From the IMG/VR virus record IMGVR_UViG_3300000101_000005: 64,000 nucleotides of DNA; one strand, written 5' to 3'. Shown one piece after another: positions 7,520 to 17,123 of this stretch (within the stretch, counting starts at the first letter, position 1; each line of letters starts with the position of its first letter). This stretch comes from a virus. Its lineage: Duplodnaviria > Caudoviricetes. A program made the position numbers and the translations under genes. The notes beneath the pieces were generated by a model. The model saw only the letters and a list, made by a program, of their open reading frames with translations, did not search any database and was not told the origin of the DNA.

Positions 7520-8167
7520 TTAAATGGTAGTATTTTGACTCATTTTGTGTTGATATATAGTTCCTTCAAAAGTATTGTCAAAATCACGCAAACTAATATG
7601 CTTTAGATTAGTATGCTGCGGACCTAGTTTATCTGGTATAAATGATCCATCTTCAATGATTCTATAAAAGGTTACTTTGGTAAATTCCTTAATAACCTTC
7701 TCTGTTTGACTTAACCAGTTGCCAAAAAACGTTGCAGAATCAGTAGTTTTCTTATAGTTAAAGGTATCTGCATATACATTATTAAACTTTCCTTTAAGTC
7801 CTTGATAGTCAAAACCAGCAATGTAAATATGTCTGTGTCCGTTTTGTGCTGCAAACCATAGTGCTGTTGGGCCACTACTCCATCCTTTGTGTGGACTAAA
7901 AAAGTTAATACCAGTATTAGTTTTAATACCTTTGTTAGGATTAGTCCAAACTGTACCCTTTTGATGGTAGTTTGCTTCGATCATCTCATTAACCATTTTA
8001 ACATCTACTGCTACAATGTAATGAGGATCAAATTCTCTGTATTGTGCATTACAACCATACACTGTGCCAACTTTTAAAAGTTTTTCACAGTCAATAGCTC
8101 TACGGCTCATGCCGTTGCCTAATACGAATGCTATATCTTTGTGGATTTTTTTATGCTTCTTGCTCAA
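7520..8167 (-). CDS. Putative nucleotide-sugar transferase (Maf/MptE-like or GT42-like N-terminus)
   Basis: 215 aa, TTG start; AFVLGNGMSR...VYGCNAQYR...VAVD...SSGPTA...IYIAGFDY pattern resembles CstII/Maf Rossmann-like folds. Confidence 0.5.
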   Translation of the reverse strand: MSKKHKKIHKDIAFVLGNGMSRRAIDCEKLLKVGTVYGCNAQYREFDPHYIVAVDVKMVNEMIEANYHQKGTVWTNPNKGIKTNTGINFFSPHKGWSSGPTALWFAAQNGHRHIYIAGFDYQGLKGKFNNVYADTFNYKKTTDSATFFGNWLSQTEKVIKEFTKVTFYRIIEDGSFIPDKLGPQHTNLKHISLRDFDNTFEGTIYQHKMSQNTTI

Positions 8168-8390
8168 GCTTCGCCCCGTACATTTGTCTAATAAAATCTA
8201 GCTCTGAATCTTTTTCAGCAACATGAGCTTCGGATTGCAATCTCAATTGATTAATTTGACGTAATGTAAGGCGTATTTTTCTAGTGTCATCTTTTGCAAG
8301 GACGTCATCGTCTTTCTTATTGTCGTAGCGACGGTCAACGGAAAAATCGTTTACGTCATCATTAAAATATAAAAATTCTTTCAAAAGCAT
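8151..8390 (-). CDS. Small head-region hypothetical protein
   Basis: 79 aa directly after portal; ATG is 5 nt after a TAAATA box. Confidence 0.7.
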   Translation of the reverse strand: MLLKEFLYFNDDVNDFSVDRRYDNKKDDDVLAKDDTRKIRLTLRQINQLRLQSEAHVAEKDSELDFIRQMYGAKLEQEA

Positions 8391-8395
8391 ACTAG

Positions 8396-8401
8396 TATTT
8401 A
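8396..8401 (-). promoter_or_regulatory. gp55-type late promoter (TAAATA)
   Basis: AATAAATAC at the portal stop codon. Confidence 0.65.
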
Positions 8402-10096
8402 TTAAACTGCAGGAGTTTCTGCAGTTTCTCCCCCACTTACATCATCCGCTGGAGGCGCTTCAGCTGGAGCTTCTGCTTCTTCTGCTGCACCGTCTGTTGC
8501 CATTCCCGTAGGTGTTACACCTACTGATCTTAACTCTGCACCAGCATCACCTGGTTCTTGTAAGTTACCGGCATTTTCTTCTTTCCACAATTTTTCATTT
8601 TCTACAATTTCTTCTTGTGTTAAACCTAAGTAACGTTTCATTGCAAATCGTTTACTTAAATGCGGAATTGCATCTACTACACTAAAAATATTTGCTCTAG
8701 TAGTATCAAGTTCTGCTTGTCTATATGCTGCAAAGTTTTGTGGTGGTTGGAAGTTGATGTTAAACAATGATGCATCAATGTTATAACCGTTGCCGTCTAA
8801 CCAAAGTTTAAATTCTTTGTCAAACGCTTCGGCCATGATATTTTGAAGTCTTTCGCAATATCTATTAAATCTTAATTCTTGGATATATGCAGTTCCTACT
8901 TTACCATCCGAAACAGTGTTTGCTTGGTCATCAATTGACGTTGGCAAGTAACTTGCTGGAATACGTAAAGCTCTAAACAGTTTGTTAGTAAAGAATTTTA
9001 AGTCTGTTATCTCACCTAGGTTTGTACCACCTGGTAATGTTTCAACTTTAGAACCTCTTCCTTCTGCTGTTTGCGGAAAGAAGTAATCTTCGTTAGTTGA
9101 TAACGGATTGTAACTTGCATCAATAACACTTGTTCCGCCACCTGTTGAACTAGGAATACGTCTTTGTTGTATTTCGTTTTTAACTTTTTCAACAAAGCTC
9201 ATTGCCATATGTGCAGGCATGTTACCTACATCAACATAAAAAATTCTTCTTTCAGGAGCACGTTGAATTCTATAAATGATAATTGCATCTTCTAGTAATT
9301 CTTTTTGCTTGTAAACTTTAAACACACTTTCAAGTAATGAATTACCAAATGGATAATTGTTGTCTAAACCTTCACTTAAAGAAATATGTACAATGTGTTT
9401 TGCATCTACTGTAATTTCATTTTGTTGATTTTGAAAACGTGTGCCTGTTGGCTGTGCTGCATCACCTACCATGCCACGGCCAAATCCGCCGCCGCTTGTG
9501 TATGAACTAGTTCCGCTTGGTGCTGTGTTTGTTGTACCGTGTGGTGTTGTTGCAACTAAATCTTTAAAGTTAAAGTTAATATCTTTAATTACATATTGCT
9601 CTGGAATCTTTCCTATTGACTCATTAACAATAATTTTAGAAATCTTTGCGTTGTCAATATACAGTAATTTTCTAGTTTCTGGATCTCTTAAGAAAAAACA
9701 GTCTCCGTATTTAAAAGTGTTACGCACAATACGAAACATTCTATTGTCAAACTGTTGTGATTTACTCCACTTCTGCATTGCTTCTTTAAGAAGTTTAGTT
9801 TCAGTACCGGACGGTTGTCCTCTAAAGTTAAAGTTAAAATTACTTAAATTACCGTTATCTTTTCCTGTACAAAATTCTGCTAAAATATCTAATGCTGCAT
9901 TTACTTCTGAATCCATATCCATTGTGTCGTACTGCATATATTTTTCAATACGATTTGGACTACCAGCATATACGTCAGGTAGGTAAGAACTATAATTTGA
10001 ACGTGCAGGACCAGGTCGGCCACCGCCGCTTATTGGGCTGTAGCTACCCGAATTATTATCAACTGCTACAGGAGTAAAATACTTTTTCCAGCTCAT
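8402..10096 (-). CDS. gp20: Portal protein, T4 gp20-like
   Basis: 564 aa; LEDAIIIYRIQRAPERRIFYVDVGNMP, EDYFFPQTAEGRGSKVETLPGG. Confidence 0.95.
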   Translation of the reverse strand: MSWKKYFTPVAVDNNSGSYSPISGGGRPGPARSNYSSYLPDVYAGSPNRIEKYMQYDTMDMDSEVNAALDILAEFCTGKDNGNLSNFNFNFRGQPSGTETKLLKEAMQKWSKSQQFDNRMFRIVRNTFKYGDCFFLRDPETRKLLYIDNAKISKIIVNESIGKIPEQYVIKDINFNFKDLVATTPHGTTNTAPSGTSSYTSGGGFGRGMVGDAAQPTGTRFQNQQNEITVDAKHIVHISLSEGLDNNYPFGNSLLESVFKVYKQKELLEDAIIIYRIQRAPERRIFYVDVGNMPAHMAMSFVEKVKNEIQQRRIPSSTGGGTSVIDASYNPLSTNEDYFFPQTAEGRGSKVETLPGGTNLGEITDLKFFTNKLFRALRIPASYLPTSIDDQANTVSDGKVGTAYIQELRFNRYCERLQNIMAEAFDKEFKLWLDGNGYNIDASLFNINFQPPQNFAAYRQAELDTTRANIFSVVDAIPHLSKRFAMKRYLGLTQEEIVENEKLWKEENAGNLQEPGDAGAELRSVGVTPTGMATDGAAEEAEAPAEAPPADDVSGGETAETPAV

Positions 10097-10104
10097 CTAT
10101 TTCC

Positions 10105-12849
10105 CTATGCTCTCATACTAGACATTTCTTCAAGTGCGTCTAATATTCGATGTTGTACTTTTAAAGTTTCAGATTGTATCTGTATACTTGCTTGTGTATT
10201 TAGTGCAGCAGCATCTGCTGCTTCTTTTTCTGACTTACCAGGAACGTAATCTGGATTTTTCATTTTGTTGTTACGAAGGTTCTCTTCAGCGATAACGTCC
10301 AAAGCGTTAGTTTCATCACCTGCTTTAATAGTGCCTCTTACGCCAACATCTCTAGCACTACTGTACTGTCCAACAGGTACACTTGGTCTAGTATCTTTAA
10401 TTACTGTACCATCTGGTGATACCAAAAAGCTATCTTCGTTTTTGGCAAAATCTTTTAAGACGTTTGTTGCATTACTTAAACTTTGGTTAAGTTCTAATTC
10501 TGCTTCTTTTTGTTTATTAAGTTCAGCATCAACAATATGAGCGTCTTTTGTTTGTTGCAATTCACCTTTTACAGCTCTGGCTAAATTTTCTTTGGCTAGT
10601 CTAAGTTTCTCGTCAAGAGCTGCGTCACGCTCACCGCGTTCTATTAATTTTGCTTGTTTAATTGCTAATGCTTCTGCTTCAGATTCGTAACGGTTTATAG
10701 CGAATCTATTAGCAAGTGATTCTTTCTCTGCTGCATTTTTTTCTTTCATGATTTCGATGTTTTTACGCATCTGTTCTTGTTCAGCTTCTTCTTCATCACT
10801 TGTACCAAGTGTTAATGTATCACCCCATGCCTTTAATTGCAGACCTAGCTCATAAAATGATATTCTCATATCTGCTATTGCTACTTTGAAACTGTCAAAT
10901 ACATCACCTAGTGTTCTAAAGCTATTAAAGAAATTAGTAAAATACTGCCCAATCGCATCAATCTTTTCTCCTAGCCAACCAAATGCCGTTGCGATTGGAG
11001 TTATTACAGGTTCGAACGTATCACCAAACCAATTTAAACCGTCTGTTACCCAATTCAATGCATTTTTAAAACTTCCCATAAAGAAGTCACTAACACCTTC
11101 AATTGCAGGATATAAATTTTGATCTATCATCTTACCTACATCGTCAGCCATTCTGCCAACAAACTCTATAGGTGGAGCAAAGGTATCTTCTAAAAGATCT
11201 TTGGTTGAATTAAATGCACCCATTAATTTTATTCCAACTACATCTGCTAACGGTTGGAATATTCCAGTTACATAGCTTATACCGTCTGCTAATAATCTAA
11301 GCGGTGCTGTTGCAATGTAAACAGCATCTCCAAATAAGTTTAAAGCACCTCCTATAAGTTTAAATGCTGGTGTAAGAATTGCACTAACAATTTCAACCAC
11401 AGGCATAATAACTGCACTCAGCACTCTAAATACAGGGAATAAAATGTTTTCTGTAAATGCTGCAATCATTTCAAATGCACCCATCATAGTATCCATGATT
11501 CCTGTTGATGCTAACAGTCTAGTAAATGTTTGACTTATTTCATTAATACGTCTGCGCATTGCTTCCATAGCACTCATTTGCCCGTCGGTGGCTTTTGCTT
11601 GTTCTTTTGATGATTTAAGTAATCCGTCTATCGGAATGTTACTTGCTTCAACAAGGTTATTAAAATGGTCAGCCATTTCAGCATCAAATCTAGCAACGTC
11701 TCTAAATCTGCCTCTACTCTGTTTGCCTTCTATAGCCAGCGTATTGTTTAGTTCATTTCTTTGCCTCAGACTGATTGTGCCACCAGCTTCTGTAATTTTT
11801 GCAAACTCCATCATCATAGCTGCTGATTGTGGCATCGTCGATGCAAACAATTGAGATTCTTTTGTTGTTGCACTTCCTGTAGTAATAATATCCTTAGCAA
11901 TATCTTGTAAGCCTCCCTTAAGGCCTGTTACTGTATTCCTAAACGAATCAGCAGCTTCTTGTGACATGCCTGAAATTTTTGCTTGGAACTGCCCGTCTGC
12001 TAATAGTGCTGCTTGTTTATCTTCAATTGCACTTCTTTCTTGACCTGTTGCTTTTGCAAGTAAGTCAATCTCTTTCATGTAATCAGTTGATGCTTTTGTT
12101 AACTGTTTTGTTGACATGCCTTGCAGTTTACCAGTTCTACCAAGGATAGTAGTATAACGTGCCATGCTTTCATTTACTTGTAAAGTTGTGAAACCCATGT
12201 TGTTAAGTTCACGCATGAATCCACTCTTACGTAAATCTTTAGACAAAGAATCAAAACGTTTACGTCCTGTTTCAACATCTCCGCCTAGTAGCCTAAATGC
12301 TTCACCGCTCTTTCTAACAAATGAACTGTATTCATTTATTGTCATACCTGCTCTACTTGCAGCCATGGACATTTCCATAACACTGCCGCCAAACGTTGCT
12401 CCGCTGTTTGAAGCACTCTGTGTTGCGTTAACTAGTTTTTCTGTTGCTGCTGCTGCCGCTTGGAATGTGCCGCCTAATAATGGAATTTTTGCTGCTGCTG
12501 CGGTAACATTGTTGTCTAGATTTGAATAACCAGCCATTGCACCTGAAATGGCATTACTCATATCAATCATTTTGCCTGCAACGCCTACAACAGCGCCACC
12601 AAATTTAGCAACTGCACCAAATGCTTTTCCTAGTGATGCTCCTAGTTTACTTGAGTTAGTTGCTGCTCCGCCTTGTGCTTTGGTTAGTTTACTGGCTGCT
12701 GCTGCACCAGCGGCTCCACCGCCTCCGGCACCACCGCCTCCGCTAGTTTTTCCGCCAAGAGCCTTAAGAATTTGGCGAAGAGTCTCTTCCGAAGCAGCAT
12801 TTTTAGCTTCTACTTCGCCAACTCCGGGTATGTCGATCATTACTGCCAT
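10105..12849 (-). CDS. Tape measure-like protein
   Basis: 914 aa, helical, A/G-rich with hydrophobic periodic repeats (GAFEMIAAFTENILFPVFRVL...); divergent from the gp26-like chaperone gene. Confidence 0.7.
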   Translation of the reverse strand: MAVMIDIPGVGEVEAKNAASEETLRQILKALGGKTSGGGGAGGGGAAGAAAASKLTKAQGGAATNSSKLGASLGKAFGAVAKFGGAVVGVAGKMIDMSNAISGAMAGYSNLDNNVTAAAAKIPLLGGTFQAAAAATEKLVNATQSASNSGATFGGSVMEMSMAASRAGMTINEYSSFVRKSGEAFRLLGGDVETGRKRFDSLSKDLRKSGFMRELNNMGFTTLQVNESMARYTTILGRTGKLQGMSTKQLTKASTDYMKEIDLLAKATGQERSAIEDKQAALLADGQFQAKISGMSQEAADSFRNTVTGLKGGLQDIAKDIITTGSATTKESQLFASTMPQSAAMMMEFAKITEAGGTISLRQRNELNNTLAIEGKQSRGRFRDVARFDAEMADHFNNLVEASNIPIDGLLKSSKEQAKATDGQMSAMEAMRRRINEISQTFTRLLASTGIMDTMMGAFEMIAAFTENILFPVFRVLSAVIMPVVEIVSAILTPAFKLIGGALNLFGDAVYIATAPLRLLADGISYVTGIFQPLADVVGIKLMGAFNSTKDLLEDTFAPPIEFVGRMADDVGKMIDQNLYPAIEGVSDFFMGSFKNALNWVTDGLNWFGDTFEPVITPIATAFGWLGEKIDAIGQYFTNFFNSFRTLGDVFDSFKVAIADMRISFYELGLQLKAWGDTLTLGTSDEEEAEQEQMRKNIEIMKEKNAAEKESLANRFAINRYESEAEALAIKQAKLIERGERDAALDEKLRLAKENLARAVKGELQQTKDAHIVDAELNKQKEAELELNQSLSNATNVLKDFAKNEDSFLVSPDGTVIKDTRPSVPVGQYSSARDVGVRGTIKAGDETNALDVIAEENLRNNKMKNPDYVPGKSEKEAADAAALNTQASIQIQSETLKVQHRILDALEEMSSMRA

Positions 12850-12877
12850 AATTTATTTTTGTCCAGTTAACTGCGCA

Positions 12878-12885
12878 TATAAATA
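12878..12885 (+). promoter_or_regulatory. Late promoter, perfect T4 consensus TATAAATA
   Basis: Upstream of the gp26-like gene. Confidence 0.8.
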
Positions 12886-12912
12886 GTTATACTAAGTATG
12901 CAATATATAATG

Positions 12913-12918
12913 TATTTA
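12913..12918 (-). promoter_or_regulatory. gp55-type late promoter (TAAATA)
   Basis: GGTAAATAC; drives tape measure/portal; transcripts would overlap those from 12878. Confidence 0.7.
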
Positions 12919-12932
12919 CCGGAGATAAAACC

Positions 12933-13844
12933 ATGGCAGAACAAAATGCGTCAAATGATGCAAAAAAAGATGAGCAAGTTAATATTGCTCCAACAGTAAC
13001 AGTTACACAGGCACCTGCAAATCCACTAAGTGGGTATTACAGACAGCCTAAAATTTATATTAGATTACCATCAGGCGGAAAGTATTATCCTGAAGGAGCA
13101 TTAGATCCAAGTGAAAACGGAGACTATGCTGTATATGCAATGACTGCAAAAGACGAACTAATGTTAAAAACACCAGATGCTTTACTATCAGGAGAAAGCA
13201 CAGTAGAAGTTATTAAGAGTTGCGTACCTGCCATTAAGCAACCTTGGATGATGCCTACTATTGATATTGATTCAATCTTGGTTGGTATTAGAATTGCTAC
13301 TTACGGTGATGAAATGGATGTATGGGCTAACTGTCCAGAATGTAAAGAAGAAAACAAATATACAATACCGTTAACAAACTACATTAACACAGGTAAGTCA
13401 GAGTGGAAAGATAAAATCACAACTGGTGATTTGACTTTTGATCTAGAACCTTATAACTATAAGCAAATGACTGGTGCTAACATTAAAACACTTGAAGAAC
13501 AAAGAGTGTTTAGTATTGTTAATGACGAAGAAATGTCAGACCAAGAAAAGATGGAAAAGTTTCAAAAGAGTTTTGTTAGATTAACAAATATGACCATTGA
13601 TACTATTGCTGATGTAGTTACTGCTATTGAAACACCTCAAGGTAAAACAGAGAATAAGGATCAAATAAGAGACTTTCTTAACAACTGTGATAAAGAAGTC
13701 TTCCAAGGACTTACCGATCATTTAGCAGATATTAAAGGTAGACAAGGTATTCCAGATCAACATGTTAAGTGTGAATCCTGCGCCCATGAATGGGACTTAC
13801 CTATAACAATGGATCAAGCAAATTTTTTCGCCGACAGATCCTGA
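12933..13844 (+). CDS. Baseplate hub assembly chaperone, T4 gp26-like
   Basis: 303 aa; IYIRLPSGG, MTAKDELMLKTP, IRIATYG and two CxxC pairs (CPEC, CESC). Confidence 0.75.
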   Translation: MAEQNASNDAKKDEQVNIAPTVTVTQAPANPLSGYYRQPKIYIRLPSGGKYYPEGALDPSENGDYAVYAMTAKDELMLKTPDALLSGESTVEVIKSCVPAIKQPWMMPTIDIDSILVGIRIATYGDEMDVWANCPECKEENKYTIPLTNYINTGKSEWKDKITTGDLTFDLEPYNYKQMTGANIKTLEEQRVFSIVNDEEMSDQEKMEKFQKSFVRLTNMTIDTIADVVTAIETPQGKTENKDQIRDFLNNCDKEVFQGLTDHLADIKGRQGIPDQHVKCESCAHEWDLPITMDQANFFADRS

Positions 13845-13864
13845 CGCTGCCCGTATCAGAGATC
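13823..13864 (+). promoter_or_regulatory. Putative -1 ribosomal frameshift site with downstream hairpin
   Basis: T TTT TTC at 13823-13829 in the gp26-like frame; stem GATCCTGA/TCAG-A-GATC at 13837-13864. Confidence 0.7.
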
Positions 13865-14056
13865 GTTGAACTATCCAATAAGTTAGACAAGGATGCAAGG
13901 GCACTTAAAAAAGACATTCTACAAATCTGCTGGTATATGAGAGGAATGGATTATACTGCTGCTATGCATCTATCCACTGAAGAGCGTAAAATTATTGGTG
14001 ACATTATCAAGAGCAATTTAGAAACCACTAAAACTAGTGGCCTGCCTTTCTTTTAA
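13829..14056 (+). CDS. gp51-like chaperone segment, probably the C-terminus of a frameshift fusion
   Basis: The -1 frame is open from 13790; ICWYMRGMDYTAAMHLSTEER resembles gp51-like small chaperones; no clear SD for ATG 13790. Confidence 0.6.
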   Translation, partial: RRQILTLPVSEIVELSNKLDKDARALKKDILQICWYMRGMDYTAAMHLSTEERKIIGDIIKSNLETTKTSGLPFF

Positions 14057-16227
14057 GCAGCAACTAATTGTTGCTTAATTTTATCTTTTATAGGTTTTTG
14101 TAATTTAGAAATTTCAGCGGCTAATGATTTTAAATCAACTGCTGGTGCTGCTGGAGTAGTACCTCCACTTGCTGCTGGTGCTGCCGCTGGTGCGTCAGTT
14201 GCAGTATTATCATCTCCACCCATTGGATAGCCAGTAGTGTCATCTTTACCATCGTTATTTTTATCTACTTTATCATTGGTAGCTGGTGTTCCAGTATCGT
14301 ATTTTACTTTATCGCCTTGAGCTCCGCCAGTTTTATATTTTACTTTACCTTTTGGATCATACTCATCGTCTGCAGGTGTTTCTCCTGCTGTTTTGCCTGG
14401 TGTTGATAATGTATCAGCCGGTGCTGCTGCAGGGTCTGCTGCTGGTTCGTCAGTTGCTGTTGGTTCAGCTGTTGGCGTATCTGTTGCTGGTGTGTCTGCT
14501 GCTGCTGGTGTGTCTGCTGCTGGTGTTTGACCTTGTGCAGTTTTTGCTTCTGGTTCTTGTGGATCTGCTGTTGCACCCGCAGTGCTTGGTGTTTTAATCT
14601 TCATAGAATCATAAGTGCCTTTGATTACATCATCAGCAACTCCTAATCCTTTAATAACATTATACACTTCATCACTATCAGTTGGTGCTCCTGCTTTTTT
14701 CCAAGCAGTCATTAATTTTTCTGCGGTAACTTTTGTAGTAACTTGTTTTGCAGCACCTGCAATACCTGCTCCGGTTGCTTTTGCACCTTTAGCTATTGCA
14801 CCACCTGCTGCCTTTGCTCCTTTAGCTATTGCACCACCTGCTGCTTTTGCACCTTTAGCTATTGCGCCTCCGGCTTTTTTAAGAACATCTAATGGACCTT
14901 CTTCAAGCTCTTGTTTGTTGTAATGCTTAACTGCATCAAATACGCTTTCAAACATCATTTTGTTTTCTAACATATGATCGTTTGTATTTGTTATTCTATT
15001 AAACAGTAGATACACTTGACCTTCTGAAAGTTTTTGACCTTTAGGAACAACACTTTCTTGTGGTGCGCCACGTTCAACTCCTGCTGTTGCAGCACCTTGT
15101 GCGGCTGCTGTTCCAACTTCAGCGGCTTGCTTAACTTGTTCAACTGTTTGTACTAAACTTTCTTTACTTGCGGCTATTACTTCTAGTTGTGCATCTGTTA
15201 GATCTCTAGCATCTTTAAGATATTCAGCGGCCGCATTCATGTCTGCGTTTGTAGCATTTAAACTTTTTAGGTATTCAACGTATTCAACTGATCTTCTATT
15301 TGTTTCTTCACTGAAAGCATCAATAGCATTAGCTTTATCCATTGCTTTAGCAAGAGCATTTAGTTGATCCATTTGGTCTTGTTGTAAAATGCCTTCGTAT
15401 GATGCACCGTATCCTGTTCCAAATTGTATTGATGTTTTATATGATTTAGCATAATCTTCTAGGTTAGGATTTTGCTCCCATACAGCCGCTACATCATCTG
15501 GCATCAATTCTAAACTGTCTTGAAGATTAGCATCTTTGATTATTTCAACTTGATCAGCAATCTCTTGTGCGCCACCATCTACAATTGATTCAATTTCAGC
15601 TGTTGAAACAAGCTCTGTTGCCATACCAACCAACGCACCAATTGCTGCTGTTTTAGCTGACTTACCAACTGCTGTTGAAAGGTCTTCACCTTGTAATAAA
15701 TCTTTAGTTGCTCTTGTAAGGAAACCTGCTACTGCACCACCTAGTGGTCCACCTGCAATTGCTGCTGCCGCAGTTAGAATAGCAACTGCTATACTTGCTT
15801 TGCCTGGATTGGCTTTTGCCCAATCACTAACAGCCTTAACTGCTTTAACAACGTTGTTGTCCTTGTCACCTATCTTTGTTTTTAGTTCAGCAAACTTGGC
15901 ATCTATGTTTTTAACTGGTCCTGTTTCTTTTGCTGCTTTACCTAGTTCATTAACTTTGTTGTTGATCCATTTAACTGCTTCAACTGGTAGTTTAGCAACA
16001 TCAGCACCTTTACCAATTGCTGTTCTGTTGCCACCTGATGCTGTTGCACCCTGTTCAACACCTGTGAATAGATTGTTAATTTGATCCTGCGAAAGTTGTG
16101 CTTCAACTACATAACGTTCAATGCTTGTTATCCAAGGATGAACCGTTTTTTGTTCAAACAGTGTAAAAGCTGGTTCGTTCCAACTTTCAGTAATTAGTTT
16201 TCTTCTTTGTAGTTGATCTAATCTCAT
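14053..16227 (-). CDS. Putative internal virion/ejection protein
   Basis: 724 aa; N-terminus MRLDQLQRRKLITE; hydrophobic Gly/Ala-zipper segment; AKGAKAAGGAI repeats; P/A/T/D-rich tail. Confidence 0.5.
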   Translation of the reverse strand: MRLDQLQRRKLITESWNEPAFTLFEQKTVHPWITSIERYVVEAQLSQDQINNLFTGVEQGATASGGNRTAIGKGADVAKLPVEAVKWINNKVNELGKAAKETGPVKNIDAKFAELKTKIGDKDNNVVKAVKAVSDWAKANPGKASIAVAILTAAAAIAGGPLGGAVAGFLTRATKDLLQGEDLSTAVGKSAKTAAIGALVGMATELVSTAEIESIVDGGAQEIADQVEIIKDANLQDSLELMPDDVAAVWEQNPNLEDYAKSYKTSIQFGTGYGASYEGILQQDQMDQLNALAKAMDKANAIDAFSEETNRRSVEYVEYLKSLNATNADMNAAAEYLKDARDLTDAQLEVIAASKESLVQTVEQVKQAAEVGTAAAQGAATAGVERGAPQESVVPKGQKLSEGQVYLLFNRITNTNDHMLENKMMFESVFDAVKHYNKQELEEGPLDVLKKAGGAIAKGAKAAGGAIAKGAKAAGGAIAKGAKATGAGIAGAAKQVTTKVTAEKLMTAWKKAGAPTDSDEVYNVIKGLGVADDVIKGTYDSMKIKTPSTAGATADPQEPEAKTAQGQTPAADTPAAADTPATDTPTAEPTATDEPAADPAAAPADTLSTPGKTAGETPADDEYDPKGKVKYKTGGAQGDKVKYDTGTPATNDKVDKNNDGKDDTTGYPMGGDDNTATDAPAAAPAASGGTTPAAPAVDLKSLAAEISKLQKPIKDKIKQQLVAA
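14786..14865. repeat. 33-bp period tandem repeat encoding AKAAGGAIAKG units
   Basis: CCTTTAGCTATTGC at 14786, 14819 and 14852. Confidence 0.85.
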
Positions 16228-17084
16228 ATCATCATCGCCAATTGTTTTTTATCTTCAGGTTTTAAACCGTCTATTTGCTTCTGTATATTAGCTGGAATTT
16301 CCATGCTGGCTGTGTTTGGTGCTGCTGCCGGTTGATCACCTGCTGTTGACGCTGTACTTGCGTCTGTGGCGCCATCTGTGCCTGTTTTAGCTTTGTTAAA
16401 TGCTTGTTTAAAACTTGATCCAAAGCCGCCCACTCCTGGTTTAGCTACATCATCTGGTGCTACTTTACCTGCACTCGGTGCTGCAACGCCGCCTTCGTCT
16501 GCAGCAATCTTGTCTTTGGCTGCTGCCATAAAAATTTTGTCTAGTTGTCCACCACTAAAGCCTTCTGCAATAGGTGTCATATGCGAACGATCAATACTTG
16601 CTGCTAGATCTGTTCCGCCTACTTTTGCTTTTGCTTGATCTGTTTGTGTTGGAATTGGTGCTGGCTTTGCTGCCGGTGTTGCCGCAGATTTTTTAGCAGT
16701 CGCTACTCCTGTCTTTACGGCGCCAGCCGCTGCGGTAGCTGTATTTTTTACACCTTTTGCAACTGCTCCTGCTGCTGCACCTACTTTCTGTGCCATAGTA
16801 GGATCTTTCATAGCTGCTTCTGCACCCTTAGTAGGGTATCCGTTTTTTTGTAGAAAGGAAATTACAAGTTCTGGTGTTGCACCTTCTTTACCACCTACCT
16901 TACCTAGAAATAAATCGAACTTGTCTGATATCTCGTTAGCCATGGCACCAACTTCAAGTTTACCTTTAGCTCTACGTCCAGTTCTACCAGGTACAAACGA
17001 TTGAGCCTTAGTGCCAATCTTACCTAATATTCCCATAGGACGTTCATCTAATTGTTGTTCGCTAATTATCTCATTAAGTCTCAT
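16224..17084 (-). CDS. Putative internal virion protein
   Basis: 286 aa; N-terminus MRLNEIISEQQLDE; A/K/G-rich; follows a late promoter. Confidence 0.55.
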   Translation of the reverse strand: MRLNEIISEQQLDERPMGILGKIGTKAQSFVPGRTGRRAKGKLEVGAMANEISDKFDLFLGKVGGKEGATPELVISFLQKNGYPTKGAEAAMKDPTMAQKVGAAAGAVAKGVKNTATAAAGAVKTGVATAKKSAATPAAKPAPIPTQTDQAKAKVGGTDLAASIDRSHMTPIAEGFSGGQLDKIFMAAAKDKIAADEGGVAAPSAGKVAPDDVAKPGVGGFGSSFKQAFNKAKTGTDGATDASTASTAGDQPAAAPNTASMEIPANIQKQIDGLKPEDKKQLAMMI

Positions 17085-17112
17085 ATCGATAGTTCCATGT
17101 AAATCATATATG

Positions 17113-17118
17113 TATTTA
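17113..17118 (-). promoter_or_regulatory. gp55-type late promoter (TAAATA)
   Basis: AATAAATAC upstream of the 286-aa and 724-aa genes. Confidence 0.7.
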
Positions 17119-17123
17119 TTTAA

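Noticed and set aside
9441-9986. 181-aa plus-strand ORF
   Set aside because: Lies fully antisense to the portal gene; no SD or motif.
14340-14923. Q-rich and A/P-rich alternative-frame ORFs
   Set aside because: Frame-shifted or antisense readings of the repeats in the 724-aa gene.
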